Assembly (NCBI GenBank): GCA_963662465.1
Contig: OY759599.1
Coordinates: 3,040,001 to 3,104,000 of the forward strand
DNA from: Desulfatiglandales bacterium
Lineage (GTDB): Bacteria; Desulfobacterota; DSM-4660; Desulfatiglandales; Desulfatiglandaceae
Direction of reading: 5' to 3'
DNA length: 64,000 bases
Shown here: in pieces, positions 27,889 through 38,137 of the stretch
Position numbering within the stretch: the first letter of the stretch is position 1
Layout of the letters: each line of letters starts with the position of its first letter
Position numbers and translations under genes: made by a program
Notes under the pieces: model-generated
Database searches by the model: none
What the model saw: the letters and a program-made list of their open reading frames with translations, nothing else
What the model was told of the DNA's origin: nothing

Positions 27889-28458
27889 TTAACCACGCCC
27901 TTTCAGAAGGGACCTTACCTGTTCAATCAAAGGCGCCCTTTCAAGAGGCTTTGGAAGGTAACCGTCGGCGCCCATCGTCATAATGCGATTTCTGTTCTCG
28001 GCTGTATCGTAACCGGTCACCGCCAGAATTTTGATGTGGGAGGTGCCGGGGTCATCCTTGATTTTGCGACAGACCTCAAATCCATCCATCCCCGGCATGA
28101 AAAGATCCAGGATGATCAGTCCGGGTTTGAACGCCATGACTTTTGCCCCCGCCTCAAAACCGTCCGCGGCGATTTGTGTTTGATACCCCTGGTGCGTCAT
28201 TAATTTGCTCAGCATTTTCCGCATTGCGGGATCATCGTCCACGATCAGGATTCTGCGGATTTCAGGCTGATAAATTCCAAAGGGATAAACCCCCCTTTTT
28301 TTCAGGAAGGCCTCCAGGTCTTCCTGGAGTATCCGATAATGCCCCCCCGGCGTCGTGTGAGCTTTCAAATCACCCGATTTCACATACTTCCATAAGGTCA
28401 CCCTGCTGACGGAAGACCTTCTGGCTGCTTCAGGGACGCTTAAAATCCTGTCATCCAC
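27889..28458 (-). CDS. Response regulator with N-terminal excisionase-like HTH
   Basis: LSVPEAAR..VSRVTLWKYVKSG.LKA..TPGGHYRI followed by REC (ILIVDDD, LDLFMP, LPKP). Confidence 0.9.
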   Translation of the reverse strand: MDDRILSVPEAARRSSVSRVTLWKYVKSGDLKAHTTPGGHYRILQEDLEAFLKKRGVYPFGIYQPEIRRILIVDDDPAMRKMLSKLMTHQGYQTQIAADGFEAGAKVMAFKPGLIILDLFMPGMDGFEVCRKIKDDPGTSHIKILAVTGYDTAENRNRIMTMGADGYLPKPLERAPLIEQVRSLLKGRG

Positions 28459-28627
28459 CGGGTTGAATCCCTTCTGTTTGAAAGATCAAAGATTAATTAC
28501 TTTAATAAAAGCAAAGCAAACTATCCAAATAAACCTTCTTAACATTCTAAACCTTACGCCTACGCATATGTCAAGAAAATAATCCCAAAAGAAACCCATA
28601 TTAGACCTTCCAGAAATCGGGAAATTA

Positions 28628-29023
28628 TCAAGGCAGGATGACTCTCAATGAGAAATGATCTGATATGGGTGTAAAATCCTTATCATCATGAAGCAACATC
28701 AATTCATTGACCATACAAAAAGCGGCGATAATGACATCAATGGTTTTTCTAACGGTAATGCCTTTCTTTCGAAGCCCCCGATAAATGCTGACGCTCTTTA
28801 ACGCAACCTCATAACCTCCCAATTCCCGAAAAGGCAATTCTTCGAAGAATGATTTTGCCTTTTCATAGTCGCTGTCCGACCGAAAACCTTGAAGAACTTC
28901 AGTAAATATCAAGTCGCCCATTATGATGGGAACATGGGGGAGCAGTGCGTCAAGCGTGTCCGTTTGCCAGCTGGATATGCCATTGAAATAGTCAATCCAA
29001 ACCGACGAATCTACCACAATCAT
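28628..29023 (-). CDS. vapC: PIN-domain toxin
   Basis: VVDSSVWID, EVLQG, IDVIIA, LLHDDKDF. Confidence 0.92.
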   Translation of the reverse strand: MIVVDSSVWIDYFNGISSWQTDTLDALLPHVPIIMGDLIFTEVLQGFRSDSDYEKAKSFFEELPFRELGGYEVALKSVSIYRGLRKKGITVRKTIDVIIAAFCMVNELMLLHDDKDFTPISDHFSLRVILP

Positions 29024-29214
29024 GGGTCAAGTCTCATGGAATCGAGATCGCCTTCCCATTTCAGTTTTCCGCGCAATCCTTTAAGACGTTCTTGTCTTTT
29101 CAGTTGTATTAAAAGCTTCAGTCCTTTTTCAACGACTGCTTTTTTGGTTTTCAACCGGCTCAGAAGCATTGCATCGGACATGAGTTTATCATCAATCACA
29201 ATATTTGTTCGCAT
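29020..29214 (-). CDS. vapB: VapB-family antitoxin
   Basis: MRTNIVIDDKLM...TKKAVVE.GL...WEGDLDSMR; ATGA overlap with vapC; inverted repeat GTGTATA..TATACAC upstream. Confidence 0.9.
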   Translation of the reverse strand: MRTNIVIDDKLMSDAMLLSRLKTKKAVVEKGLKLLIQLKRQERLKGLRGKLKWEGDLDSMRLDP

Positions 29215-29279
29215 GGCGGCCCCCGTTTGTGTATAATATTGTAAACGTATACACCTATAACGAAAAATACAAGCGAAAA

Positions 29280-30206
29280 TCAAATACCTCTTGTGGGAAA
29301 AACCGTGACGTTTCCGCTCTTGAAATTCACGATCACAATGCCTGAAACAATCAGCGCTAAAGCCAGCAGAAGCTCCCAGGTGATCAGCTCTCCGAGTACC
29401 AGCCCGCCCAGCACGACACCGGCGATGGGCATAATAAAGATGAAAGAATGCAACGCCACGGCGCCGTATTTCAACAGCAGGGTGTTCCAGGCCACAAATC
29501 CGAAGGAGGCGGTCACAAGACTCTGGTAAAGAAGGGCGCACAACACTTTCCCATCCAGATGAAAGACCATGGTTGCATCCATGAAATATCCCGCAACCAG
29601 AAAGACGGGAACACAGAAAAGCATGGGATAGAACACGATCTGAAATGGAGAAAAGAGATGGATGATGCGTTTGGTATAGATCGTATTCACGGCCCAGAGA
29701 AATGCGCTGGCCAGGATCATTAAATCACCCACCTGAATATCCGCGGTAACCCCGTTTTTGCCTGAAAAAACCAGGACCATTCCGATGGCGCCCATTGTCA
29801 AACCCATGACTTTTTTCCTTGTAATCCGGTCTCCGGGAATAAACCGGTGGGCCAGGAGCAGGACGAAAAAGGGTTGAAGGTTCATCATCAATGTTCCCCT
29901 TGAAGCGCTGGTTTTCCCGAGCCCCAGATACAACAGTCCCAACTGCAATGTAAACACAACGGAGATGATCAGAAGCTGAAAGGCCTGTCCCTTTCTCAAC
30001 GCAAAAGGTCTCCCGGTCAATCTGGCCCATAGGTAGATGGCTGCGGCGGCGACGGCAAACCGGATACCCGCGGCCGAAAACGGCCCCAAGCCCGAAAGAC
30101 TGTACTTGATGGCCACGGCATTGGCGCCGAACAGCGTACAGAGAAAACCCGTAAACAGGGCGGCGGGCAGTGGGATATTCTGGTTGCTGAGATTATTCTG
30201 GGTCAT
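29280..30206 (-). CDS. DMT/EamA-family transporter
   Basis: About 10 hydrophobic helices in two EamA-like halves; LGE motif near the C-terminus. Confidence 0.88.
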   Translation of the reverse strand: MTQNNLSNQNIPLPAALFTGFLCTLFGANAVAIKYSLSGLGPFSAAGIRFAVAAAAIYLWARLTGRPFALRKGQAFQLLIISVVFTLQLGLLYLGLGKTSASRGTLMMNLQPFFVLLLAHRFIPGDRITRKKVMGLTMGAIGMVLVFSGKNGVTADIQVGDLMILASAFLWAVNTIYTKRIIHLFSPFQIVFYPMLFCVPVFLVAGYFMDATMVFHLDGKVLCALLYQSLVTASFGFVAWNTLLLKYGAVALHSFIFIMPIAGVVLGGLVLGELITWELLLALALIVSGIVIVNFKSGNVTVFPTRGI

Positions 30207-30381
30207 TTTTTCCTATGGGTCCGTTGAAGCAGGGAGTTCAGGCGGTATTCCTAATGCATTGGAAAACAAGCATGATAGTTTACCACAAATGCATTTGAGA
30301 TGCATAAAAAAGGATTGATCCTTGTGTGGCCAGGGGGCAGAATAAAATTCGAAGCCTTAGATATTTGGAACAAGAACGTTC

Positions 30382-30410
30382 TTGACCTTACGTGGGAGTT
30401 TTTCTATTAT
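30382..30410 (+). promoter_or_regulatory. sigma70 promoter
   Basis: TTGACC-N17-TATTAT, about 70 bp upstream of ATG 30480. Confidence 0.55.
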
Positions 30411-30479
30411 CTTTTTCACGGAAAATGACCTCTTTCACCCCAACCCACCACCGTCAAGAACTAATCAGGAGTACTGGAA

Positions 30480-31166
30480 ATGAAAGAAAAGACATACGGT
30501 GAAAACGCTTTCCCGGGCATCCCCGATGAAAATGAGGCATATGCCAATCAGGTCCTTGACACAACCCTGAGTCATTTTAACATTGCTGTCAATGAACCTG
30601 TTGTGCGGGCGCTCAGAAGACGGATTTGGTCTCTCATCAACATAAAGGAAACCGAAAGTCACCATGTTTCATATCTGGCATTGTATGAACAAAACAAGGG
30701 ACGGGAAATCTGGCATGCATTCCTGAGCGGCAATACGGACCGGGTGTTGATGTCCAACCGCAGAGGGCTGGAAGGCGAGGCATTCAGAAAACGCATTGTG
30801 AAGATCTATCCCAGGGATCAACCTTACGGCGAAGCGATCACCCCGGATATGATGAAGCGGGAAAGGCCTACGGAAGAGCTGAAGGCATACTATGAGTTTC
30901 AAACCGACCAAAATCAATTGATCGGCATCACGGACATTGCAAACATCGAAGTCATTGCACTCAAGGATGGACGCGTTTTCTGCATTTCCCAAGGCGCTCT
31001 CACGCGATCAACGGAAGAAATGCGCATGATACAGGGATTGCTGGTCAAGGTGACACAGCTTGCCGATAGGGTAACCGGCATGGAACAAACCCTCAATGAA
31101 ACGCTTGAAACCCTTGTAAAGGATGTGGATCACCTTCGTGGGAAAACAGAAAGGAGACGACCATGA
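30480..31166 (+). CDS. Hypothetical protein, possibly PAS-like fold plus C-terminal coiled coil
   Basis: 228 aa with AGGAG RBS; beta-strand run ending T.EEM then a heptad-like helix; the fold call is weak. Confidence 0.6.
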   Translation: MKEKTYGENAFPGIPDENEAYANQVLDTTLSHFNIAVNEPVVRALRRRIWSLINIKETESHHVSYLALYEQNKGREIWHAFLSGNTDRVLMSNRRGLEGEAFRKRIVKIYPRDQPYGEAITPDMMKRERPTEELKAYYEFQTDQNQLIGITDIANIEVIALKDGRVFCISQGALTRSTEEMRMIQGLLVKVTQLADRVTGMEQTLNETLETLVKDVDHLRGKTERRRP

Positions 31167-31723
31167 AAACTAAAAGTAAAAGACTTCAAACCCTAAAGAT
31201 GATGATCATGGGGATTATCATTCTCTTCACCGCGGGCGTTGTCAATGCCGCGCAAAGCGAAATCACCAAAGCGGAAATCCTGAAGGCTCAGAAAGCCTGG
31301 GGCGATGCGCTGGTTAATCTTGGAAAAACCTACACGGATGGCCGGGACTATCAAAAAGCGGCGGAGACCCTGGTTGACGATCTATACGCATACCAGACCG
31401 GCCAGGTACTCTTTAAACCCACCAAGGCCTCCGATATCAAGTTTCGGACAACAAAAGAAGGCGCCATATCCTATTTCATAGGACATAACAAGAATTTCCC
31501 GGAAGACAACGGTTTCGCCCTGGCCCCTTGGACGAAGGTCCGATTCAAGAATGCGGCAACCTACATCAACGGCAATATCGCCATGGCCATGGGGAAATAT
31601 TACTTCACGCCCCAAAAGGGAGACACGGTAAAAGTCGAGTACACTTTCGGCTATGTTAAAAACAATGACGGCAAACTTAAGATCGTTTTACATCATTCCT
31701 CTCTGCCATATGACAAAAAGTAA
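31163..31723 (+). CDS. Secreted NTF2-like protein, probable iota-class carbonic anhydrase (COG4337 type)
   Basis: Signal peptide (..VNAA), AQKAWG, VLFKPTKA, SYFIG, EDNGFA..PW, VEYTFGY, C-terminal LHHSSLPY. Confidence 0.8.
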   Translation: MKTKSKRLQTLKMMIMGIIILFTAGVVNAAQSEITKAEILKAQKAWGDALVNLGKTYTDGRDYQKAAETLVDDLYAYQTGQVLFKPTKASDIKFRTTKEGAISYFIGHNKNFPEDNGFALAPWTKVRFKNAATYINGNIAMAMGKYYFTPQKGDTVKVEYTFGYVKNNDGKLKIVLHHSSLPYDKK

Positions 31724-31745
31724 AAGCCTGTTCAATTGTTCAATC

Positions 31746-32015
31746 TTATCGAACGGATTCAACATAATCCTGAAGAACATCGTTGATTTTACATTGCCAC
31801 CCCTTACCCTGTGCCTTAAAGAAATCCAACACCTCAGCGTTAAGTCGAATCGTGGTTGATTTCTTGGTAGGCGCTTTCTGCGGACCCCGAACCCTTGCTG
31901 GGACATGCGGATGCATTTCGGCCACGGGCCGCATTCGAGACAAAAACTCATCCGACAAAGACGGTGATTCAACCGCCTTCAGGTTCTCGCTGGAGACATT
32001 CCTATCCGTTCTCAT
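31746..32015 (-). CDS. brnA: BrnA-family antitoxin
   Basis: RGPQKAPTK..TTIRL..EVLDFFKAQGKGWQ.KIN..L. Confidence 0.9.
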   Translation of the reverse strand: MRTDRNVSSENLKAVESPSLSDEFLSRMRPVAEMHPHVPARVRGPQKAPTKKSTTIRLNAEVLDFFKAQGKGWQCKINDVLQDYVESVR

Positions 32016-32268
32016 AATATTCCATCTCCCTTCCGTTTGCCTTACGCAAGCTGATCACGCGGACATTATCCCCCCGCATGGTATAAATCATGACGTAAAC
32101 CCGAATGCCGATTAATCCCAGCGCAACCCAGCGTTCCTCACCGTAGTCAGACCTGTCATCAAGGGTTTCAACAGCGGTATCCCAACAGAAGCCTTCTGCA
32201 ATATTGAAATCAAGGCCATGTTGCACCCGGTTCGCTGCGTTCTTTCTTTCGTCCCATTCGTATTGCAT
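32002..32268 (-). CDS. brnT: BrnT-family ribonuclease toxin
   Basis: YEWDERKNAAN..HGLDF, DYGEERW, RVISLRKAN.RE; start ATG 32268. Confidence 0.92.
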   Translation of the reverse strand: MQYEWDERKNAANRVQHGLDFNIAEGFCWDTAVETLDDRSDYGEERWVALGLIGIRVYVMIYTMRGDNVRVISLRKANGREMEYYENG

Positions 32269-32274
32269 GATTTT

Positions 32275-32303
32275 ACTGTAGTAACAAAACAACCAATTGT
32301 CAA
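32275..32303 (-). promoter_or_regulatory. sigma70 promoter of brnTA, positioned for a leaderless transcript
   Basis: TTGACA-N17-TACAGT, then 6 nt to the ATG; no Shine-Dalgarno. Confidence 0.7.
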
Positions 32304-32394
32304 ATTGATCCCCATGAAGAGGATATACGCCTGATGATCATCTTTTCCGTGGTCCTCAATACCCAACCGAGACAGGTTTCCAAATCCCAACTCA

Positions 32395-34611
32395 TCAGCA
32401 GACCACCAGGTAAATGATTTCCCCCGTCCATTGAACCTGTTTTCCCATCAGTTTTTGGGTAATATACAAGCGGATTTGATCCACCTCATCCGGGGAAAGG
32501 AAAGCGGTCAGTCTTTTCCTGTAACTGGCCCTCTGGGAGTTTTTTGCTGTCCCGCCCGTTTCCGGGAACCACCGGGAAAGAACAGCGTCCGTCACCAGAA
32601 TTTCCATGGCGGTTCGTTCCGATTGAAAATGCTCAATGAAAAGCCCCGCTTGATCAAAGGCATGGGCAAAATCATCCCGGTTCCAATTCACCATTGGGTC
32701 CTCTGCATCCTCATAGATGGTTTCCTCGGCGGCAATCCATTTCTCCACGAGCCCTTTATCCAATCCCCGGCGGTCCATAAGATTATAGATTCGCTGACCG
32801 CACCGAGGGATTCCCTCCACCAGGGAAATCCTGCCTTCAGGCGCCAATAGTCGAACCACCCCGCCCACAACCCCGGCTTTGTCCCTTTCGGCCAGAAGCG
32901 CATTGCGCCCCACTACCGCGTCAAAGCGCACCCCCCCCTGCCCTTTTGCCGAAACCAGTTTTTCGATTTCTTCCAGGGCGCCGCTCATGATCACGGGACG
33001 ATCCATTTCTTTCAGATTTGAAGCCTGCACACGCAACCCCGAGGCCGTTTTCTTATCTGCCACCAGGGCCCAGACACTCCCCTCCGGCGTACGCCTGACC
33101 GCCTCCCATGTCAACAGCCCAGTTCCGGAATTTAGATCCAATACATTGAAATGGCGCTCAATTTTCGCTGCCGCCAGTATCCGGTCGCGAATCTGCGCCA
33201 ATTGATGTCCACCCTGGTTCACGGCCCGTTGAAGCCATCGGTCCCGAGCCCGGTCCGCGGGCGAGAAGGTCAGCACTTCGGGCGCAGCAGTCAACCCTTC
33301 AACCATGGCAGCCAGTTGGCCTTCCCGACGTTGCGCAACTTCCACACGAATGCTTTTTTCATGGCCTTGATCCGACGGGTGGTAAAACACCTTGCCCTGA
33401 AGCCCATCCGGCAGATACTGCTGGGGGATCCAGTGATCCCGGTAGGCATGGGGATAGAGATACCCCTCTCCATGCCCGGATCCTTTCTTGTCTCGGCTTG
33501 CATCCTTCAGGTGGGAAGGGACCTCCGTTCGTCCTTCTGCTTCCACCGCACGAAGGGCATCGAAAAACGCCAGGATCGAATTGGATTTGGGGGCCGTGGC
33601 CAAATAAAGGGCGGCTTCAGCCAAATGATATCGACCTTCGGGCAATCCCACCCGGTCGAAGGCATCCGCGCAGGCTGTTACCACTCGAATGGCTTCAGGG
33701 TCGGCCATTCCCACGTCTTCACCGGCCAGGATAAGCATCCGCCGAAACATGAAACGGGGATCTTCTCCGGCATAGACCATCTTGGCCAGCCAGTAGAGGG
33801 CCGCATCCGGGTCGGAACCCCGCAAGGATTTGATAAAGGCGCTGATGGCATCGTAATGGGCGTCCCCATCCCGGTCGTACAGTACAGCGCGACGCTGGAT
33901 ACTTTCTTCCGCCACCGACATGCCCACCACAATGGTCCCCTCCTCATCGGGCGGAGTGGTTTCAACCGCCAGTTCCAGGGCGTTCAGAACGCTCCTGGCA
34001 TCGCCGTTGGCCACATGCACCAGGTGATCCAGGGCATCGGGTTCAAGTCGAACGGTTAAGCCGCCATATCCCCGTTCCGGGTCGGCCAGGGCCTGAAGCG
34101 CGACAGCGCGGAGATCTTCGTTATTCAGGGGTTCCAGACGGAAAATGCGACTGCGGCTCACCAGGGGCGGGTTAACGGAAAAATAGGGATTTTCAGTGGT
34201 GGCGCCCACAAGAATCACCGTGCCGTTTTCAACCCACGGCAACAGGGCGTCCTGCTGGGCCTTGTTCCACCGGTGAATTTCATCCACAAACAGAATTGTC
34301 CGCCGGTCATTTTTGTCCCATTGCTTTCGCGCGCCGGAAATGGCCTCCCGAAGGTCCTTGACCCCGGCCAGAACAGCGTTTAAGGGAATAAAACGACTGC
34401 GGGTGGTGTTGGCGATGACCATGGCCAGGGTGGTTTTTCCGGTTCCGGGAGGCCCGTGAAAGATGATGGAAGAAAGCTGGTCGGCCTGAATAGCCCGGCG
34501 CAACAATCGGCCCGGGGCCGCAATGTGCGCCTGGCCCAGGAATTCATCCAGATTTCTCGGGCGCATGCGTGCGGCCAGGGGGGAAGATCTTTGGGTATTT
34601 CGTTGATTCAT
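32395..34611 (-). CDS. rarA: Replication-associated recombination ATPase RarA/MgsA fused to a C-terminal class I methyltransferase-like domain
   Basis: PLAARMRP, GPPGTGKTT, DEIHR, ATTENPYF, SAFIKSLRGSDPDA; then VLDLNSGTG. Confidence 0.9.
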   Translation of the reverse strand: MNQRNTQRSSPLAARMRPRNLDEFLGQAHIAAPGRLLRRAIQADQLSSIIFHGPPGTGKTTLAMVIANTTRSRFIPLNAVLAGVKDLREAISGARKQWDKNDRRTILFVDEIHRWNKAQQDALLPWVENGTVILVGATTENPYFSVNPPLVSRSRIFRLEPLNNEDLRAVALQALADPERGYGGLTVRLEPDALDHLVHVANGDARSVLNALELAVETTPPDEEGTIVVGMSVAEESIQRRAVLYDRDGDAHYDAISAFIKSLRGSDPDAALYWLAKMVYAGEDPRFMFRRMLILAGEDVGMADPEAIRVVTACADAFDRVGLPEGRYHLAEAALYLATAPKSNSILAFFDALRAVEAEGRTEVPSHLKDASRDKKGSGHGEGYLYPHAYRDHWIPQQYLPDGLQGKVFYHPSDQGHEKSIRVEVAQRREGQLAAMVEGLTAAPEVLTFSPADRARDRWLQRAVNQGGHQLAQIRDRILAAAKIERHFNVLDLNSGTGLLTWEAVRRTPEGSVWALVADKKTASGLRVQASNLKEMDRPVIMSGALEEIEKLVSAKGQGGVRFDAVVGRNALLAERDKAGVVGGVVRLLAPEGRISLVEGIPRCGQRIYNLMDRRGLDKGLVEKWIAAEETIYEDAEDPMVNWNRDDFAHAFDQAGLFIEHFQSERTAMEILVTDAVLSRWFPETGGTAKNSQRASYRKRLTAFLSPDEVDQIRLYITQKLMGKQVQWTGEIIYLVVC

Positions 34612-35549
34612 ACGCCGATTTTTCCCGATGCCAGCACTGCCCCGTCGCCGCCCTCATTCTTGGCTTCGTACATGGCAAGGTCGGCTCTCATTTGAAATTT
34701 ATCGGCCTTTTCCCCCTCAGCGAGCTGCGCCAGACCGATACTCATGGTGACGGGCTGCAGCTTCTGCCCCATATAAGCCATTCTACGCGGCCACTGTTCG
34801 GCAAAAACCGCTCTGAAGCGATCCATAACAAGCCTGGCCTTTTCAAGATCCGTTTCCACCAACAAAATCGCGAACTCGTCGCCCCCGAGTCGAAAGGCAT
34901 TATCCGTGGATCTAAACACCGATGCAATACACTCCGCCACAAAGCGCAAGATGTTATCCCCCTCCTGATGCCCATAGGTATCATTAAAGGGTTTGAAATG
35001 GTCCAGATCAAAGGTGGCCAGGCTCAACGGTCTTTCATAACGAATAGAACGTCCCATTTCCTCCAGCAGGGTGGCATGAAAATGGCGTCGGTTATAGAGG
35101 TTTGTCAAACTGTCCGTAATGGAACGTTTTCGAAGCTCTTCCTCCATTTTTTTCGTCTCGGTCAAATCATGAAAAAATCCCACGCTTCCAATTTCAACAT
35201 CCTTTTCGTAAATCAATGCCGCCGAAAGGCGTATGGGGATCTTTCTGCCGCCATCACCTTTCACACACACTTCAAAGCCATCCAACCGGCCCGGCCCCCC
35301 ATATCCCTTACCATAAATTTTCTTCTTGATTTCCCGTGCTATTTCAGGAATATCATAAACCGCTTGAATGGACATCTTCCCGATCACATCTTCGGCGATA
35401 AACCCCGTCAATTTCTCAGCGGCCGTATTGAAGATGATCACGATGCCTTCACGATCGACGCCGATAATGCCATCGGGGCACGTCAAGACCAGTTTATCCA
35501 GAAAATCCTTGCTTGCCATCATGTCCGTCCCTTTTTGTTGAAATCCCAT
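34608..35549 (-). CDS. PAS-GGDEF diguanylate cyclase
   Basis: DSLTNLYNRR, DLDHFK.FND.YGH..GD, RSTD I-site, RLGGDEF. Confidence 0.93.
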   Translation of the reverse strand: MGFQQKGTDMMASKDFLDKLVLTCPDGIIGVDREGIVIIFNTAAEKLTGFIAEDVIGKMSIQAVYDIPEIAREIKKKIYGKGYGGPGRLDGFEVCVKGDGGRKIPIRLSAALIYEKDVEIGSVGFFHDLTETKKMEEELRKRSITDSLTNLYNRRHFHATLLEEMGRSIRYERPLSLATFDLDHFKPFNDTYGHQEGDNILRFVAECIASVFRSTDNAFRLGGDEFAILLVETDLEKARLVMDRFRAVFAEQWPRRMAYMGQKLQPVTMSIGLAQLAEGEKADKFQMRADLAMYEAKNEGGDGAVLASGKIGV

Positions 35550-35588
35550 AGATAACCACCTTTAAAAAAACTGCGTGAACAAAAAAGT

Positions 35589-37199
35589 TTAATCGTTTAC
35601 TGTTTTCACGGAGGGAAAAAGAGACCGGTCCGTGTGGGGCAGAAATTTCGCCGCGCTAAAAAGGTTCATAAACTCCTGGTTCACATTCAATTCCAGGTAG
35701 GTAATCCGATTCCGAATTTGAAAGAGGGACGATTGCACGTCCGTTCCCAGAAGAGCCATGGTCGCTCCCGCAAGAGAGGTATTGCCCAGAGAAACATAGG
35801 TATCCAGCGGCAGATCAGGTATCATTCCGATATTGATGGCAGACCGGGGATTAATATAAGAGCCGAAGGTGCCGGCCACGTAAAACCGTCCGATATCATC
35901 CAGAGGAAGGTTCACGGTTTTGGCAATGGTCGTCAAAATGGTATACATGGCAGCCTTGGATCGAATCAGGCCGTCAATGTCGATCTGGCTGAGGGTCAAC
36001 GCCTCACCGGTCCCGGACACATCCGCCGGCGCCACCACCAAATGCCTTACGCCATCGATCTCCCTTAACCGATCTCCGCACCGGTCCGGCACGAATTTTC
36101 CCCGCAAATCAATCATACCCGTCAGGAAAAGCTGGCTCGCCAGATCGATGAGGCCGGAACCGCAGATGCCGAGGGGGCCATTGTTTTCAGCGGCGCCGTT
36201 AACATTCCGGCCCGGAATGGTCATGATGGTGAAAGCAAGGGTCTCAGGGTCAATCACCACACTGTCAATCACCCCGGGAGCGGCCATCATGCCCATGCCG
36301 GCCACGCCGCCCTCCAGGGCCGGTCCGGCGGCGCCGGCGCAGGCCATGAGCCAGTCCCGGTTGCCAATCACCACTTCCGCATTGGTGCCCACATCCACCA
36401 GGAATGCAACGTCCTCCTGCTCCGTCATTCTCGACGAAAGGATCCCCGCGATCAAATCACCGCCGAAATAGCTCCCCACATTGGGAAAAACCAGCACCGG
36501 GGCTTCAGGGTTGATCTCAAGGCCCAGTTCCCCGGCTTTCACGAGATCCGGCCGGTTTACCACCGGAATATAGGGTTCCCGGCAAATCCAATGGGGGTCC
36601 AGCCCCAGAAACAGGTGGGTCATGGTGGTATTGCCGGCCAGGGACATGCCCACGATGGATTTTCGGGTGATGCCGTTTTGATTCACCAACTCCCCGATTT
36701 TAACGTTAAGCATATCCAGCACCAGAGCCTGGAGCTTTTTGAGCCCCCCCTCACGCCCGGCATAGTGAATTCGGGTGAGAATATCCGCTCCGATCTCAAT
36801 CTGAGGATTGTTAAAGGAAATTTCATCCAGTGTTTCTCCCGTCGTCAAGTCCACCAACCGCAACACCAGCGTTGAGCTTCCCAGATCCAGGGCCAGACCG
36901 TGAATCACCGGCGCTTTTGTGCCATCAAATACATCGATCAGCCGCCGGCAATCCCCATCTCGATAAACCGCACATCCCACACGATAGTCATAGGCCCTGA
37001 GGTCCCGGCTCAAGTGCTTCACCAGGGAAAAATCAACCCGAACATCTTTCCCATCGAGCCCCTGTCGCAATCCCTTGACCAATCGATCTACATCCGCCGT
37101 GTTATCCCCGAGACTCGGGGGGACCAGTTCGGGAGTTATGAGTTTGATCCATGCGTTGTCTTGCGCCGTTTTTTCCATTTCCATTTCTTTTATTTTCAT
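35589..37199 (-). CDS. ASKHA/RACo-family reductive activator of corrinoid proteins (DUF4445), without N-terminal 2Fe-2S domain
   Basis: [52 protein letters not shown]. Confidence 0.88.
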   Translation of the reverse strand: MKIKEMEMEKTAQDNAWIKLITPELVPPSLGDNTADVDRLVKGLRQGLDGKDVRVDFSLVKHLSRDLRAYDYRVGCAVYRDGDCRRLIDVFDGTKAPVIHGLALDLGSSTLVLRLVDLTTGETLDEISFNNPQIEIGADILTRIHYAGREGGLKKLQALVLDMLNVKIGELVNQNGITRKSIVGMSLAGNTTMTHLFLGLDPHWICREPYIPVVNRPDLVKAGELGLEINPEAPVLVFPNVGSYFGGDLIAGILSSRMTEQEDVAFLVDVGTNAEVVIGNRDWLMACAGAAGPALEGGVAGMGMMAAPGVIDSVVIDPETLAFTIMTIPGRNVNGAAENNGPLGICGSGLIDLASQLFLTGMIDLRGKFVPDRCGDRLREIDGVRHLVVAPADVSGTGEALTLSQIDIDGLIRSKAAMYTILTTIAKTVNLPLDDIGRFYVAGTFGSYINPRSAINIGMIPDLPLDTYVSLGNTSLAGATMALLGTDVQSSLFQIRNRITYLELNVNQEFMNLFSAAKFLPHTDRSLFPSVKTVND

Positions 37200-37612
37200 T
37201 CTCCGATAATTTTGACCAGTACGCGTTTCCTTCGCCGTCCATCAAACTCCCCATAGAAAATCCGTTCCCAGGTGCCAAAATCCAGGTTTCCATCGGTGAC
37301 GGCCACCACCACTTCCCTGCCCATGACCTGCCGCTTCATGTGGGCGTCGGCATTGTCTTCACCCACATTGTGCCGGTACTGGGAGACCGGCGCGTGGGGC
37401 GCCAGTTTTTCCAGCCACACCTCATAATCATGATGCAGACCCGATTCATCGTCGTTGATGAAAACCGAGGCCGTAATATGCATGGCATTAACCAGAACCA
37501 ATCCTTCCTTGATCCCACTTTCTGCCAGACATTCTTCCACCCGCGGCGTAATGTTGATAAAGGCCCGCCGGGTGGGAACCTCGAACCACAACTCTTTTCG
37601 ATAGCTTTTCAT
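37196..37612 (-). CDS. yjbQ: YjbQ/UPF0047-family protein
   Basis: [35 protein letters not shown]; start ATG 37612. Confidence 0.9.
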   Translation of the reverse strand: MKSYRKELWFEVPTRRAFINITPRVEECLAESGIKEGLVLVNAMHITASVFINDDESGLHHDYEVWLEKLAPHAPVSQYRHNVGEDNADAHMKRQVMGREVVVAVTDGNLDFGTWERIFYGEFDGRRRKRVLVKIIGE

Positions 37613-37834
37613 GACAATTAGGACTCCCCCTTTCATTCCTTGCAACACACCGGCAACAAGGAACCAAAATATGAAAAAAAAATCAATACCAAATATCCAC
37701 AAACCCAGGCAAGGTAAAAGGATGGCGCATCAGAAATTGGAATGTTTCATGGCTATCCGGATGTTGCACAGATGGAAGGTTTACTGGAACTTGGGGTGGT
37801 GGTCACAAGTGGCGTATTTCATACATTCCTTTGC

Positions 37835-38137
37835 TTAAATGGGATCCGGTTCCCCTTTTATTCGCCAAGCCTCCGGCGGTAGGAAAGTGACTTTAAGGCC
37901 GAAGGGCGAAGCGAGTTTTTCCAGCGTCGCCAGGGTCGGGTTACCTGAACCGTTTTCGAATTGGGACAGTATCCGAGGGGAAATGCCGGCGACTTTTCGG
38001 GCATAATCCTTCTGGCTCATTCCAAGAATTTTACGCATCCGCCGTGTCGCTTCCCGCACATCGGTTTCGCCTCGGGCAAGACCCATGTAAAGCGCCTCTT
38101 TCATTCGGGCCATTTCAGCGGGGGTAAATCGTTTCAT
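37835..38137 (-). CDS. XRE-family HTH regulator, probable antitoxin of the upstream HipA
   Basis: MR..LGMSQ.DYA...GIS...LSQFENGSGNPTL.TL; ATGA overlap with hipA. Confidence 0.85.
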   Translation of the reverse strand: MKRFTPAEMARMKEALYMGLARGETDVREATRRMRKILGMSQKDYARKVAGISPRILSQFENGSGNPTLATLEKLASPFGLKVTFLPPEAWRIKGEPDPI

